Source of the DNA: Patescibacteria group bacterium
GTDB lineage: Bacteria > Patescibacteriota > Patescibacteriia > SG8-24 > DYFX01
Reading direction: 5' to 3'
DNA length: 64,000 nucleotides
Assembly: GCA_030583805.1 (NCBI GenBank)
Contig: CP129476.1
Location: forward strand, 53,453-117,452
Part shown: positions 1-9,781 of the stretch, in pieces
Layout: every line of letters begins with the position of its first letter
Numbering within the stretch: the first letter of the stretch is position 1
Program-made: the position numbers and the translations under genes
The notes under the pieces: model-generated
Databases searched by the model: none
Told to the model about the DNA's origin: nothing
The model's input: the letters and a program-made list of their open reading frames with translations, nothing else

Positions 1-196
1 CTTCGAGCTTCGCCTTGTCGGAGAGCAGTTCCGGGTCGATCTTCACGGACGTAACCTCCTGGTTGCCGTTCATGGAAATCGAGATCTTGCCCCAGGCGGC
101 CGAACCCTCCACCGTCACGTCCTTCAGGACGTTTTGGATGGTTTTGGCTTGGTCGCGGAGATCCTTGATCTGTTTGAGTTTGCTGAACATCGTCAT
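1..196 (-). CDS. ybaB: YbaB/EbfC family nucleoid-associated protein (N-terminal part; rest lies beyond window start)
   Basis: Reverse-complement translation from the ATG at 194-196 gives MTMFSKLKQIKDLRDQAKTIQNVLKDVTVEGSAAWGKISISMNGNQEVTSVKIDPELL, matching the YbaB family. It sits immediately downstream of dnaB. Confidence 0.75.
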   Translation of the reverse strand, partial: MTMFSKLKQIKDLRDQAKTIQNVLKDVTVEGSAAWGKISISMNGNQEVTSVKIDPELLSDKAKLE

Positions 197-205
197 AGTG
201 CGTGG

Positions 206-1615
206 TTAAGCTTCGATAGCGGTCGGGGCGAGCGCGAAGTCCTTGTCGAGATTCTTGAAACTGGCGCGGTTCTCGTCGAAGAAGAGGCGGCAGACGCCGG
301 TCGGGCCGTTGCGGTGCTTGGCGATATGGATTTCGGCGACATGCCGTTCTTCGGGCGCCAGGTCCTCCATGCGGTAGTTGCGGTCGGCGGCTTTGCGGTA
401 GATGAACATGACGACGTCGGCGTCTTGTTCGATCGAGCCCGATTCGCGCAGGTGGGCGAGCTTCGGGATGGCCGGCTTGCTCATTTCGACGGCGCGCGAG
501 AGCTGCGAGAGCGCCAGGACCGGAACGTTCATTTCGCGGGCCAAACCCTTGAGCGATCGGGTGATGCCGGCGATTTCCTGCACGCGGTTCTCGATCTTCG
601 TTTGCGACTCCATGAGCTGGAGATAGTCGACGACGATGAGGCCGAGCTGCCCGTGCTGCTTCTGGAGGCGGCGCACTTTCGTGCGGATCTCCATGATGTT
701 GACGTTGGCGGAGTCGTCGATGAAGATCGGCGCTTCCGAGAGCGTACCGAGCGCGTGGGCGATGTGCGGGAAGTCGTCGTCGCCCGGCTTGTCCGACAAG
801 CGGCCGGTACGCATCTTCCAGAGGTCGACGTTGGCTTCGGCGCAGATCATGCGGTCGACCAGCTGTTCCTTGGACATTTCCAGCGAGAAGATGCCGACGG
901 CTTTTTGCGAGCGGACGGCGACGTTGCGGGCGATGTCGAGCGCGAACGACGTTTTACCGCAGGCCGGACGGGCGGCGAGAATGACAAGGTCGGAAGCCTG
1001 AAGGCCGGCAAGAAGATTATCGAGCGACTTGAAACCCGTCGGCACGCCGCGCAGCTTTCCTTTTTCCTTGTGCAGCTCGTCGATGCGGTCGAAGGCGGCG
1101 TCGAGGACGCTGCGGATCGGGACGAAGTTCTGCTTGAGGTGCTTTTGCGAAACGCCGAAGAGGCGTTGCTCGGCTTGGTCGAGGAGCGATTCGACGTTAT
1201 CGCTCTCGCCGCCATCGAAACCCATGCGGGCGATTTCATGCGAGGCGGTGATCAGGCGGCGCAGCGTCGAGTCGCGCTGGACGATTTTGGCGTAGTGAAA
1301 AACATGCGAGGCGGTCGGGACGGCTTCGGCCAGCTGCGCGAGGTACGTCTGTCCGCCGCAGCGTTCGAGCTGGCCGGCTTCGTTCAAGCGGTCGGAGAGC
1401 GAGATGAGGTCGATCGGCTCCGATTTGGCGTACAGGCCGAGCATGGCGTCGAAAATCGCGCCGTGGCTCTCGCGGTAAAAATCCTCGGGCGTGACCATGT
1501 CGGCCACGCGCAAAATCGCTTCCTTGTCGATCAGGATCGAGCCCAGGACCGCCGCTTCCGCGTCGTAATTGTGCGGCGGGACGAATTCGGGTTTGCGGTC
1601 TCCGGAAGCTGTCAT
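206..1615 (-). CDS. dnaB: replicative DNA helicase DnaB
   Basis: 469 aa. N-terminal DnaB domain (NYDAEAAVLGSIL) and Walker A (ARPACGKTSFAL). Also carries the RecA-like C-terminal motifs (LIVVDYLQLM, SQLSR). No intein. Confidence 0.95.
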   Translation of the reverse strand: MTASGDRKPEFVPPHNYDAEAAVLGSILIDKEAILRVADMVTPEDFYRESHGAIFDAMLGLYAKSEPIDLISLSDRLNEAGQLERCGGQTYLAQLAEAVPTASHVFHYAKIVQRDSTLRRLITASHEIARMGFDGGESDNVESLLDQAEQRLFGVSQKHLKQNFVPIRSVLDAAFDRIDELHKEKGKLRGVPTGFKSLDNLLAGLQASDLVILAARPACGKTSFALDIARNVAVRSQKAVGIFSLEMSKEQLVDRMICAEANVDLWKMRTGRLSDKPGDDDFPHIAHALGTLSEAPIFIDDSANVNIMEIRTKVRRLQKQHGQLGLIVVDYLQLMESQTKIENRVQEIAGITRSLKGLAREMNVPVLALSQLSRAVEMSKPAIPKLAHLRESGSIEQDADVVMFIYRKAADRNYRMEDLAPEERHVAEIHIAKHRNGPTGVCRLFFDENRASFKNLDKDFALAPTAIEA

Positions 1616-1682
1616 AGTGGCCCCATCGTACGCGATGAGGCTGGCACCGTCAAAACGAAAAAACGGGCCTGGTAGGCACCGT

Positions 1683-2366
1683 TCAGGGGGTGGCGATGAG
1701 CCTGTGGATAAGATCGAACAGGCTCCGGTCGTAGAGCGGGGAGCGGTGGTGCCAAGGTCCGTAGTGGCACCAGCTCTGATCGAGATCGGGTTGGCGCTTC
1801 GAGACGAGCAGGTCTCTCGTGCCGAAGACGGCCTGGAAGTCCCAGTCGCGCGGATGATGCAGGAACGAGACTTGCTCGTTCAAGGTCGGACTGCCCGGTC
1901 GCATCTCGCGGATGCTGGTCCCGATCAGCGGGTCGATCAGCCATCCAGCGTGGGCGCTCAAGGCCCCGTGGAAGGGGGAGCCGTAGGTGACGATGCGGCG
2001 GACGACATCCTCTGGCTGCTCGTGCGTCTGCAAGACGGTCTGCATCATGGCGGAGACCGCCACGAGACCGCCCTCCGACCATCCCATGACGGTGAGAGGT
2101 TGATCGAGCACGCTGCGGAGCTTCAGGAGGTCTCTTGCGAGGCGCAGGCCATGGTGGCCGATCGGCTTGCGGTAAAGGAACGGCGCGCGTGGCCAGACGA
2201 GAACGTCGACGCCGCGTTTCGCCAGCGCATTGCGAAGGGGACGGAGCGAAAGGCGTCCTCCCGCGAAACCTGGCACAAGAACGGTCGGAAACGAGAGCGG
2301 TGTGGACACGTGACACCTCCGGGAGGAGCCTGCGTACACGGTAGTCCGGCGCGAAGCCGAAGTCAA
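1683..2366 (-). CDS. alpha/beta-hydrolase fold protein (lipase/esterase-like)
   Basis: 227 aa. N-terminal oxyanion region VLVPGFAGG and nucleophile elbow GWSEGG. The exact start is uncertain because only 21 bp separate it from the divergent permease. Confidence 0.65.
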   Translation of the reverse strand: MTSASRRTTVYAGSSRRCHVSTPLSFPTVLVPGFAGGRLSLRPLRNALAKRGVDVLVWPRAPFLYRKPIGHHGLRLARDLLKLRSVLDQPLTVMGWSEGGLVAVSAMMQTVLQTHEQPEDVVRRIVTYGSPFHGALSAHAGWLIDPLIGTSIREMRPGSPTLNEQVSFLHHPRDWDFQAVFGTRDLLVSKRQPDLDQSWCHYGPWHHRSPLYDRSLFDLIHRLIATP

Positions 2367-2387
2367 AACGTGCTAGAATGGTGCGGT

Positions 2388-3536
2388 ATGGCCAATGGAC
2401 GCTCCGCGACACGTTTCGGCTCCGGTCTCCGCGCATCTTTCGTCATGTTCGGCACGATCGTTGGCGCCGGCATCTTCGGTCTGCCCTATATGGTTCAGCA
2501 AGCCGGCTATCTGGCCGGCCTGTTTTGGATGCTTGTCTTGGCGGTTGCCGTCACGTTGACGCACTTGTTGTACGCCGACGTCGTCATGGCGACGCCTGGT
2601 CAGCATCGTTTGGTCGGGTATGTGAGGATGCATCTCGGTTCCTGGGCCGGCCGTCTTGAAGCCTTCTCGTCGGTAATCGGTCTTTTCGGCGCGAGCTTGG
2701 CCTACTTGATCCTCGGCGGCTTGTTCATCGCGCAGATCTTCGGACCTGAGCTTCCGGTTCCGCCGTTCTGGGGCGCTGCGCTCTTGTTCATTTTCGGCGT
2801 CCTGGCCGTGCGAAAAGGAACGACGTTTCTCTCCGCCGTCGATTTCTGGATGACGCTTGTTGAAATGGGATCGATCCTGCTTTTGGCGGCAATCGCGTCG
2901 ACAGCGATCAAGACTGAGCACCTCCTTACGTTCAATGTGGAACACGCGCTCGTGCCGTACGGCATCATTCTTTTCGCCTACGGCGGCCTGACGGTCGTGA
3001 CGGAGGTGCGGGAGATCGTCGGCGACGACGCGCGCAGGGTGCGCCGAAGCGTCATTGCCGGCACGCTTATGGCCGTAGGACTCACGATCGCATTCGCAAC
3101 CGCAGTCGTCGGCGCGCTCGGTCCGACTACCACGACGGAGTCGATCGGCGGCCTTAGCGCCGCGTTCGGGGGCCATCTGCCGCGGCTCGGCGCGCTCGCC
3201 GGATTTTTCTCGATTCTCACGTCCTACATCGTTTTTACCGACTACCTGAACAAGCAGTTCTGCAAGGATTTCAACGTTCGACCGATTCTGGCTTCGATCG
3301 CGGCCGTCGGATTTCCTTTCATGCTGTATCTCATGGGCGTACGCAGCTTCGGCCGCATTTTGGAGCTTGTGGGCGCCGTCCTGATCGGCGTCGAAGGCAT
3401 GTTCGTTTCAATGATGTACCTGAAAGTAAAGCGGGAGAAGCGCGATGGGATGTTGAAGGTCCCGAATCTCGTCGTCTACTTCCTCCTGCTCGTGTACGCC
3501 GCGGGAGCCCTCTACGCCCTTTTCGGCCCGCGTTGA
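2388..3536 (+). CDS. amino-acid permease (aromatic amino acid / Trp-Tyr permease-like family)
   Basis: Only the C-terminal 383 aa of the 655-aa track ORF look real: multi-TM hydrophobic protein starting MANGRSATRFGSGL..FGTIVGAGIFGLP (typical amino-acid transporter N-motif). The upstream part of that ORF is antisense to dnaB and the hydrolase. Confidence 0.7.
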   Translation: MANGRSATRFGSGLRASFVMFGTIVGAGIFGLPYMVQQAGYLAGLFWMLVLAVAVTLTHLLYADVVMATPGQHRLVGYVRMHLGSWAGRLEAFSSVIGLFGASLAYLILGGLFIAQIFGPELPVPPFWGAALLFIFGVLAVRKGTTFLSAVDFWMTLVEMGSILLLAAIASTAIKTEHLLTFNVEHALVPYGIILFAYGGLTVVTEVREIVGDDARRVRRSVIAGTLMAVGLTIAFATAVVGALGPTTTTESIGGLSAAFGGHLPRLGALAGFFSILTSYIVFTDYLNKQFCKDFNVRPILASIAAVGFPFMLYLMGVRSFGRILELVGAVLIGVEGMFVSMMYLKVKREKRDGMLKVPNLVVYFLLLVYAAGALYALFGPR

Positions 3537-3548
3537 TCGGAAGAATCC

Positions 3549-3577
3549 TTGACAAAACGGGGTTTTTTTGATAGGTT
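3549..3577 (+). promoter_or_regulatory. sigma70-like promoter candidate (TTGACA-17-TAGGTT) upstream of the GGDEF gene
   Basis: TTGACA at 3549-3554, a 17-nt spacer, then TAGGTT at 3572-3577. An AAGGAGG RBS lies 6 nt before the ATG at 3644. Confidence 0.4.
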
Positions 3578-3643
3578 CAGACCCAGTGAGATTGCCCTTT
3601 TTTCAACGTAGTACTACCCCCAACCACAGCCAAGGAGGCCATC

Positions 3644-4627
3644 ATGGCCGAGCCGAAGGTGGCGAGCGTCAGCCCGCCTAGCCCCGATCGTCAGCTTGCC
3701 TCCGCGCTTGCAACCGCCGCTGCGCTTCGTTCGCAGCTCGCTTCCAAAGAGGTGATCTGCCTGGCCTTCGAATGCGACGATGCTGCCCGCATGATTGCGG
3801 ACGAGCATGGTCGGATCGTCGAGTGCAACCGCATGGCCGAGCATCTGTTCGGCGACGTCAGAGACGATCGCATCAGCGTGCGCGTGTTCGAGCGCATTCA
3901 GCGCCGGCACGGGCGCCGGCGTTCCGAACAGAGCGTCGTGCACGAGCTCCCTGTCGCCTACGGCGTCGAGCTCCTCACGCGCCTCCAGTCCGGAAAGCTC
4001 CAGCGCATCCGCGAACGCGTCGTCATCGACAGCCGCATGAAGGGATTGATCGGCGCGATCTTGTCGGTCGTGCCGCTCGATCACGGCGGCAAGCGCTGGC
4101 TCAAGATCGAGGTCAACGAAGTCGATTCGATCGAAGACGACAACCTCACGCGGCTGGGTACCAAGGAACAGCTCGAGCGCAAGGTTGCCGAAGCGATCCA
4201 GAGCGAAGCGACGTTTTCGCTCCTGTACTTCGACATCGACAAGTTCAAGCCGATCAACGACGAGCATGGCCATGCCGACGGCGACGACGTCATCGCCGGC
4301 GTCGCCGAGCGCACGTCCAACTGCGCCCAGCGCAGCACGGACTTCCCCGCGCGCTTGCACGGTGACGAGTTCTGCGTGCTGGTGCTCGACAACGTGCTCG
4401 CGGCTTGCGGCTTGGGCGAGCGCATTCGCGCCGAGATCGAAGGGAATCCCTTCATGACGCGCTCGGGCAACCAGCTCAGCGTGACGATCTCGATGGGTGC
4501 CGCCGAGTACGAACCCGGCGACACCGTCGATGCGCTGATCAAGCGCGCCGACGCGAACATGATCGCGGCCAAGCGCGAAGGCCGCAACCGCATCTCCACC
4601 AGGAGCGCGGTACTCAAGCGGCCGTAA
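3644..4627 (+). CDS. PAS-GGDEF domain protein with degenerate A-site (HGDEF) and intact I-site (RSTD)
   Basis: 327 aa. Strong RBS. N-terminal PAS-like region (IVECNRMAEHLFG). C-terminal diguanylate-cyclase fold (LLYFDIDKFKPINDEHGHADGD...RLHGDEFCVL...NMIAAKREGRNRI). The signature reads HGDEF, preceded by RSTD five residues upstream. Confidence 0.85.
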   Translation: MAEPKVASVSPPSPDRQLASALATAAALRSQLASKEVICLAFECDDAARMIADEHGRIVECNRMAEHLFGDVRDDRISVRVFERIQRRHGRRRSEQSVVHELPVAYGVELLTRLQSGKLQRIRERVVIDSRMKGLIGAILSVVPLDHGGKRWLKIEVNEVDSIEDDNLTRLGTKEQLERKVAEAIQSEATFSLLYFDIDKFKPINDEHGHADGDDVIAGVAERTSNCAQRSTDFPARLHGDEFCVLVLDNVLAACGLGERIRAEIEGNPFMTRSGNQLSVTISMGAAEYEPGDTVDALIKRADANMIAAKREGRNRISTRSAVLKRP

Positions 4628-4633
4628 CGCACA

Positions 4634-4669
4634 AGGCATCCCGCCTCATGGGGATGCCTCTTTTATTTG
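4634..4669 (+). terminator. intrinsic terminator after GGDEF gene
   Basis: Hairpin AGGCATCCC / GGGATGCCT (9-bp stem) followed by CTTTTATTTG. The T-tract overlaps the folD stop. Confidence 0.6.
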
Positions 4670-5469
4670 CCGTGGCGTTTCGCGAGGTCCAGTGTTTTCT
4701 TGAGCAGCATCGCGACCGTCATCGGGCCGACGCCGCCGGGGACGGGCGTCAGCGCGCTCGCGACGTTTTCCAAACTCGCCGCATCGGCATCGCCCACGGT
4801 CTTGTCGCCGACGCGCGTGGTGCCGACGTCGATGATGACGGCACCGGGTTTGATCATGTCGCCCGTGAGCGAGCCGGGCTTTCCGACCGCCGTGACCACC
4901 ACGTCGGCCGCGGCAAGGTCTTCCGTCGGTTCAAGGCCGCGGCGCGAGAGCATCGTTTCGACCGGAGCGGAGAAGACCGCGCTGTTGGCCAGGACGCAAG
5001 CGAGGCCATGCTTCGGCGTCGGGGCGGTGTCGAGCAGGAGCGAAATCGCTTCGACGAGACCTGGAGCCTCGCCGGTTCCTTCCAAATAGCCGAGGAGATT
5101 CTCAGGATGAAAACCGTCGACGTCTTTCTGCGGATGCATCGCGCCGACGATCTTGTCCGCCTCCAGGTGCGGCGGAAGCGGCAATTGCACCAGCATGGCG
5201 TCGATCGCTTCGCTTCGGTTGAGGTCTTCGACCGCGGCCAGGACTTCATCCTGCGCGGCCGTGGAGGGAAAATGACGGAGATCAAAATGCAGGCCGGCTT
5301 CGGCACAGGCCTTTTCTTTCAAACCGACGTAAAGCCGCGAGGCCGGATCTTCTCCGACCAGCACGACGCCCAAACCCGGCTTTCTGCCGAGTCGCGAAAC
5401 TTCTTCCGCGACGGCCGTCCTGATTTTCTGCGCTTCCGCGCGTCCGTCGATCAGTTTCATGCGTTCCAT
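4663..5469 (-). CDS. folD: bifunctional methylenetetrahydrofolate dehydrogenase / methenyl-THF cyclohydrolase
   Basis: 268 aa. FolD family motifs ([46 protein letters not shown]). Confidence 0.9.
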   Translation of the reverse strand: MERMKLIDGRAEAQKIRTAVAEEVSRLGRKPGLGVVLVGEDPASRLYVGLKEKACAEAGLHFDLRHFPSTAAQDEVLAAVEDLNRSEAIDAMLVQLPLPPHLEADKIVGAMHPQKDVDGFHPENLLGYLEGTGEAPGLVEAISLLLDTAPTPKHGLACVLANSAVFSAPVETMLSRRGLEPTEDLAAADVVVTAVGKPGSLTGDMIKPGAVIIDVGTTRVGDKTVGDADAASLENVASALTPVPGGVGPMTVAMLLKKTLDLAKRHGK

Positions 5470-6725
5470 TCGGGATAGATCGGATGCGCGGCAACCAGCG
5501 TTTCGACAGCAGCCAGGACTTCCTTGCGTACGCTTTCGTCAGCCGGAGATTTCAAAACCTTGGCGATCAAGCCGCCGACGACCCGCATATCGCCTTCATT
5601 CAAGCCGCGCGTCGTGAGCGCGGGCGTGCCGATGCGGAGTCCCGAGGGGTCCATCGGCTTGCGCGGATCGTAGGGGATCATGTTCATGTTCGTGTAGATC
5701 CGCGCGAGATCGAGTGCATCGACCGCCGGCTTGCCTGTCGTGCCAAGGTCCGTCAGGTCGGCGATCAGCATGTGGTTGTCGGTGCCGCCCGTGATGACGC
5801 GCACGCCTTCTTGGGTGAGAGACGCGCTGAGCGCTTGAGCGTTCTTCACGACTTGTTTTTGATACGTTTCAAACTCCGGCTTGAGCGCTTCGCCGAACGC
5901 GACCGCTTTGGCCGCGATGACGTGCTCAAGCGGGCCGCCTTGCATGCCGGGAAACACGGCGGAATCGATTTTCTTGGCGAAGTCTTTCTTGCAGAGAATC
6001 ATCGCGCCGCGCGGGCCGCGGAGCGTCTTGTGCGTCGTCGTCGTGACGATATCGGCGTGCGGCACGGGATTCGGAAACGCTTTGCCGGCAACGAGACCGG
6101 CGAAGTGCGCCATGTCGACCATGAAAAACGCGCCGACCTCGTCGGCAATGGCGCGGAACGCCGCAAAGTCGAGCGTGCGCGAATAGGCGGTAAAACCGGC
6201 GACGAGGATTTTCGGCTTCGCGTCGAGCGCGATCTTCCGCACTTCGTCCATGTCGATCAAGTGCGTTTCACGGTTCACGCCGTAGTGGGCGAAGCGGTAG
6301 AGCTTGCCGGAAAAGTTGACCGGCGAGCCGTGCGTGAGATGTCCGCCCATCGCCAAATCCATCGCCATGATCGTCGAGCCCGGCTCGGCGAGTGCCATGT
6401 ACGCCGCGAGGTTCGCAGGGCTTCCGGCGTGCGGCTGGACGTTGGCATGCTCCGCGCCGAAGAGCTGCTTGGCGCGCTCGATCGCCAGCGATTCGACCTG
6501 GTCGACGACCTCGTTGCCGCCGTAGTAGCGCTTGCCGGGGTAGCCTTCGGAATACTTGTTGGTGAGCGGCGAACCGAGCGCTTCCAAGACGGCCTCCGAA
6601 ACGATGTTTTCGGAAGCGATCATCTCAAGGCCTTCCTGCTGGCGATGCGCTTCCGCGCGGATCATGCCGGCGAGATCGGGATCCTGGCTGGCGAGGTGGG
6701 GGAGCGTCATGGGCGTGGGAAACAA
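5457..6725 (-). CDS. glyA: serine hydroxymethyltransferase
   Basis: 422 aa. SHMT motifs ([44 protein letters not shown]). Overlaps folD by 13 bp. Confidence 0.95.
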   Translation of the reverse strand: MFPTPMTLPHLASQDPDLAGMIRAEAHRQQEGLEMIASENIVSEAVLEALGSPLTNKYSEGYPGKRYYGGNEVVDQVESLAIERAKQLFGAEHANVQPHAGSPANLAAYMALAEPGSTIMAMDLAMGGHLTHGSPVNFSGKLYRFAHYGVNRETHLIDMDEVRKIALDAKPKILVAGFTAYSRTLDFAAFRAIADEVGAFFMVDMAHFAGLVAGKAFPNPVPHADIVTTTTHKTLRGPRGAMILCKKDFAKKIDSAVFPGMQGGPLEHVIAAKAVAFGEALKPEFETYQKQVVKNAQALSASLTQEGVRVITGGTDNHMLIADLTDLGTTGKPAVDALDLARIYTNMNMIPYDPRKPMDPSGLRIGTPALTTRGLNEGDMRVVGGLIAKVLKSPADESVRKEVLAAVETLVAAHPIYPEWNA

Positions 6726-6797
6726 GGCGTGTAATGCGTGGAAAGTATACGCTGCTGCGCGAGGAATTGAAAAGCCGCCCTGGTCGGGGCGGCATGC

Positions 6798-7520
6798 TTA
6801 CTCTTCGCTGCAAGGACCGCCACCGCCGCATTGGGCGAGGACGACACGGATGGCGAGCGAGGAGACGTAGACGCCGATCGGTTTGCCGTTCGAGCGAAGC
6901 TTTCCCGAAGCGAGCGTCATGCCCACGACGTTTCCGTCGCTGTCGATCAGCGGCGAGCCCGACTCCCCGGATTCCGGAGGATGGGGCGCGGCGGCGTAAA
7001 AGACGCGGGACGGCGGCAGCGGTTCCATTACGACGACGGCGTCGCCGAATACGGCAGTGCCCGTCGTTTCGTCGTACGCATTGAATGAGCGACGGTGCAG
7101 GATTTCCCCGTTTTCGGGCAGACGCGCGGCCAGGTTCAGGTGCCCCGCGTGCTCGTTGTGCGCGAGGAGCAAGAGGGTGTCGAGCGTATCGATGCGGTTG
7201 CCGTAGACGGCCCGGCTGCACCCGCCCTCTCCGACAATGGCGAAATCGGGAATAGCGCCGTCGCGCGCGGCTTGGAGCGCGTGGTCGGCCGTGGCGATGA
7301 CGCGTGGCGCCACGTAGAAGCCGGTGCCGATCGCGGTCGCATCACCAAGCGTTTCGCAGGTCGCCTCGATGAACACGAGGACGACGTGCGCAGCCGCGGC
7401 CGCGACGGGCGCGGGCAGCTCGGGTGGTGGCACGGATGGTTTCGGCGGCGCCGAAGACGGGCTCGCTTGCGAAGCGCAAGCGGCGAGGATGCTTGCAAGC
7501 GCAAAAACAGCAACGCGCAT
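6798..7520 (-). CDS. trypsin-like (S1 family) serine protease, predicted lipoprotein
   Basis: 240 aa. Signal peptide with lipobox (ASILAAC). His motif TADHAL and Ser motif GESGSPL. AAGGAGG RBS. Confidence 0.75.
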   Translation of the reverse strand: MRVAVFALASILAACASQASPSSAPPKPSVPPPELPAPVAAAAAHVVLVFIEATCETLGDATAIGTGFYVAPRVIATADHALQAARDGAIPDFAIVGEGGCSRAVYGNRIDTLDTLLLLAHNEHAGHLNLAARLPENGEILHRRSFNAYDETTGTAVFGDAVVVMEPLPPSRVFYAAAPHPPESGESGSPLIDSDGNVVGMTLASGKLRSNGKPIGVYVSSLAIRVVLAQCGGGGPCSEE

Positions 7521-7588
7521 CGGAGCCTCCTTGAAAGGACCGTTTCAGCATAGCGTATGGGCGCGTGTTGGCAACTCGCCGCCGTGCT

Positions 7589-7619
7589 GAAAAAGAAAAA
7601 ACCGGCCACGCAAGGCCGG
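7589..7619 (-). terminator. intrinsic terminator downstream of GT4 gene (minus strand)
   Basis: Hairpin CCGGCC-ACGCAA-GGCCGG. The plus-strand A-tract 7590-7601 becomes a T-tract on the minus strand right after the stop at 7623. Confidence 0.6.
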
Positions 7620-7622
7620 TTC

Positions 7623-8738
7623 TTATGCCGTCATTTTTTCGTACAGTTCTTTGTATTGCTCCGCAATCCGATCCCAGTCGAATTTCGCCAAGCGGCTCGT
7701 GGCCGTCTCCGCGAGGCGCGCGGCGAGCGCGGCGTCCGAGAGAATGCGCACGATCGCTTCCGCCAGCGCTTTCGGATCGGACGGGGGAACGAGCAGCCCG
7801 CTCTTCTCATGTTCGATCACGTCGGGAATGCCCCCGACGTTCGTGCCCACGACCGGCACGCCAAGCGCTTGCGCTTCAAGCAGCACGATGCCGAGGCCTT
7901 CGCCCAATGAGGGCAGGACGAAGACGGTGGACTGCGCGACTTCCGTCATGGCCTCCGTGTTCGGTTTGGCGCCGAGGAAGCGCACGACCTCTTGAAGCGA
8001 CTGTGCGTGCGTGAACTTCTTGAGTTCGGCTTCGAGCGCTCCGCCTCCGACGATGACGAGCTCGGCGTCGGCGACGGAGTGGCGCGCGATTTTGATCGCT
8101 TCGATCAGGAAGGGGAGACCTTTCTCAGGCGAGAGGCGGGCGACCGTGACGACGCGATGCTTCTTTTTTTCCAAACGCGGCACGTTGGCGAGATGGCTGA
8201 AGTCGACGCCGTTCGGGATCGTCGTCGTGTCTTTCGCGCCCAATCGGGCGGCGCGATTCGTGAGCGCCGTCGAGATGCCGACGACCTTGGTCGGCGAGAC
8301 GTGGATGTTGCGCCAGACGAAGCGCGGAATCTTTTTATTCTTGACCGGCATGTCCAAATCGCCCGACTGGAGCGTGAGTAGCGTCGGTTTTTTTCCGCCG
8401 AAGACGCGATACCACCAGAGCGCGATACCGGCATAGGATTCCATGACGGCGTGGACGAGGTCGTGCGGCTGCTTGAGAGACCAGAGCGGCGCTAGCAGCG
8501 GAAACGCGTATTTGTCCCACTTCTTTCCGAATCCGAGGCGCGTGATTTCGTACGTCGCGCCGCCCCCCAGCGTTTTCGTTTCGTGTTTTGGCAGCGTGCC
8601 GTCGAGACGCGCGGTCACGACGCAGATCGAAAAACGTCCGGCCAAGCGGCGGACGGTCTCGACGACCATCACCTCCGCTCCGGAAATGAACGGGTCGTAA
8701 AACGCAGAATAGATCAGGACGCGCTTACGCGGCGCCAT
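7623..8738 (-). CDS. glycosyltransferase family 4 (GT-B)
   Basis: 371 aa. GT4 C-terminal motif (SLGEGLGIVLLEAQALGVPVVGTNVGGIPDVIEHEKSGLL). Confidence 0.85.
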   Translation of the reverse strand: MAPRKRVLIYSAFYDPFISGAEVMVVETVRRLAGRFSICVVTARLDGTLPKHETKTLGGGATYEITRLGFGKKWDKYAFPLLAPLWSLKQPHDLVHAVMESYAGIALWWYRVFGGKKPTLLTLQSGDLDMPVKNKKIPRFVWRNIHVSPTKVVGISTALTNRAARLGAKDTTTIPNGVDFSHLANVPRLEKKKHRVVTVARLSPEKGLPFLIEAIKIARHSVADAELVIVGGGALEAELKKFTHAQSLQEVVRFLGAKPNTEAMTEVAQSTVFVLPSLGEGLGIVLLEAQALGVPVVGTNVGGIPDVIEHEKSGLLVPPSDPKALAEAIVRILSDAALAARLAETATSRLAKFDWDRIAEQYKELYEKMTA

Positions 8739-9699
8739 GCTTGTTTTTCATGTATTCGTAGGTCTCCCGAAGGCCTTCTTCAAGCGTCGTCTCCGCTTTG
8801 GTACCGATCAGCTCATGCATGCGCTGGACGTCCGGCGTGCGGTATTTGATCTCCATTTTACGCACCGGCAGGTATTCAATCTTCAGGTCTTTGCCCGAAA
8901 CGGCGGCGACGCGCTCGGCCAGTTCCTGGATGGTGGTCGGAATGCCTTTGCCGACGTTGATGGTCTGGCCGTCGGTCGTATCTTTCAGCATTGCGGTCAG
9001 AATGGTGTTGACGTTGTCTTTATAGAAAACGAAATCGCGCGTCGCCGAACCGTCGCCGAAAATATGGAGCGGCTCGCCCTTGAGCGCGCGGTCGAGAAAG
9101 ATGCCGACCACGAAACCGTACGGCGAGCTTTCTTGGCGCGGGCCGTAGACGTTGAAGAAGCGGAGTGCCACGGTTTTCAGTCCGTACTGCTCGTAGTAAT
9201 GATGCGTCAGGTTCTCTCCGAGCATCTTCACGAGGCTGTAGGGGTCGCGCGGGCTCACGTTGATCGGGCCGTGCTCATGCGTCGGCAGCGAGATCGGCTC
9301 GCCGTAGACCTCGGAAGAGGAGGAGTACAAAATTTTCTTGACCTTGCGATCCTTGCAGAATTCGAAAATCGCGCGGATGCCGTCGATATCCTTGAGGACG
9401 TCGAGCGGACGCTCTTCGACGCGCTTTACGCCGCAGAAGGCGCCGAGGTGGAAGACGTAGTCGGGTTTGTGGGTATCGAAGACGCGGTCGAGCGTCGGCC
9501 AGTCGTTGGCGTTGCCGTGCGCGAACGCAAAATTGGGATTACCTTCGTGTTGCGAAAGATTTTCGCGCTTGCCGGTCGAGAGATCGTCAAGAACGACGAC
9601 CTTGGCGCCGAGTTCGATCAGCCGGTCAGTCAGGTGGGAGCCGATGAACCCCGCTCCTCCCGTCACCAATACGCTGGCCCCTTTATACGCTTCAAACAT
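8725..9699 (-). CDS. NAD-dependent epimerase/dehydratase, UDP-glucuronate decarboxylase (UXS)-like
   Basis: Rossmann VLVTGGAGFIGSH, catalytic YxxxK region, and a UXS-like YGPRQ...GDGSATRDF segment. The ATG start at 9697-9699 is preferred over the upstream GTG. Confidence 0.85.
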   Translation of the reverse strand: MFEAYKGASVLVTGGAGFIGSHLTDRLIELGAKVVVLDDLSTGKRENLSQHEGNPNFAFAHGNANDWPTLDRVFDTHKPDYVFHLGAFCGVKRVEERPLDVLKDIDGIRAIFEFCKDRKVKKILYSSSSEVYGEPISLPTHEHGPINVSPRDPYSLVKMLGENLTHHYYEQYGLKTVALRFFNVYGPRQESSPYGFVVGIFLDRALKGEPLHIFGDGSATRDFVFYKDNVNTILTAMLKDTTDGQTINVGKGIPTTIQELAERVAAVSGKDLKIEYLPVRKMEIKYRTPDVQRMHELIGTKAETTLEEGLRETYEYMKNKHGAA

Positions 9700-9781
9700 A
9701 TGGCGACACTCTAGCGAAAACACGCATTTTTGGCCAGGGGTGAAAACCGGGAAAATAAAAATCCCCGATGCGCAACGGGCT

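Noticed and set aside
134-1675. 513-aa plus-strand ORF overlapping dnaB
   Set aside because: Arg/Gly/Asp-rich composition typical of an antisense frame in high-GC DNA. dnaB on the minus strand has unambiguous motifs.
1569-2387. N-terminal 270 aa of the 655-aa track ORF 1569-3536
   Set aside because: This portion is antisense to dnaB and the alpha/beta hydrolase and has shadow-like composition. Only the part from ATG 2388 onward (permease) is hydrophobic and transporter-like.
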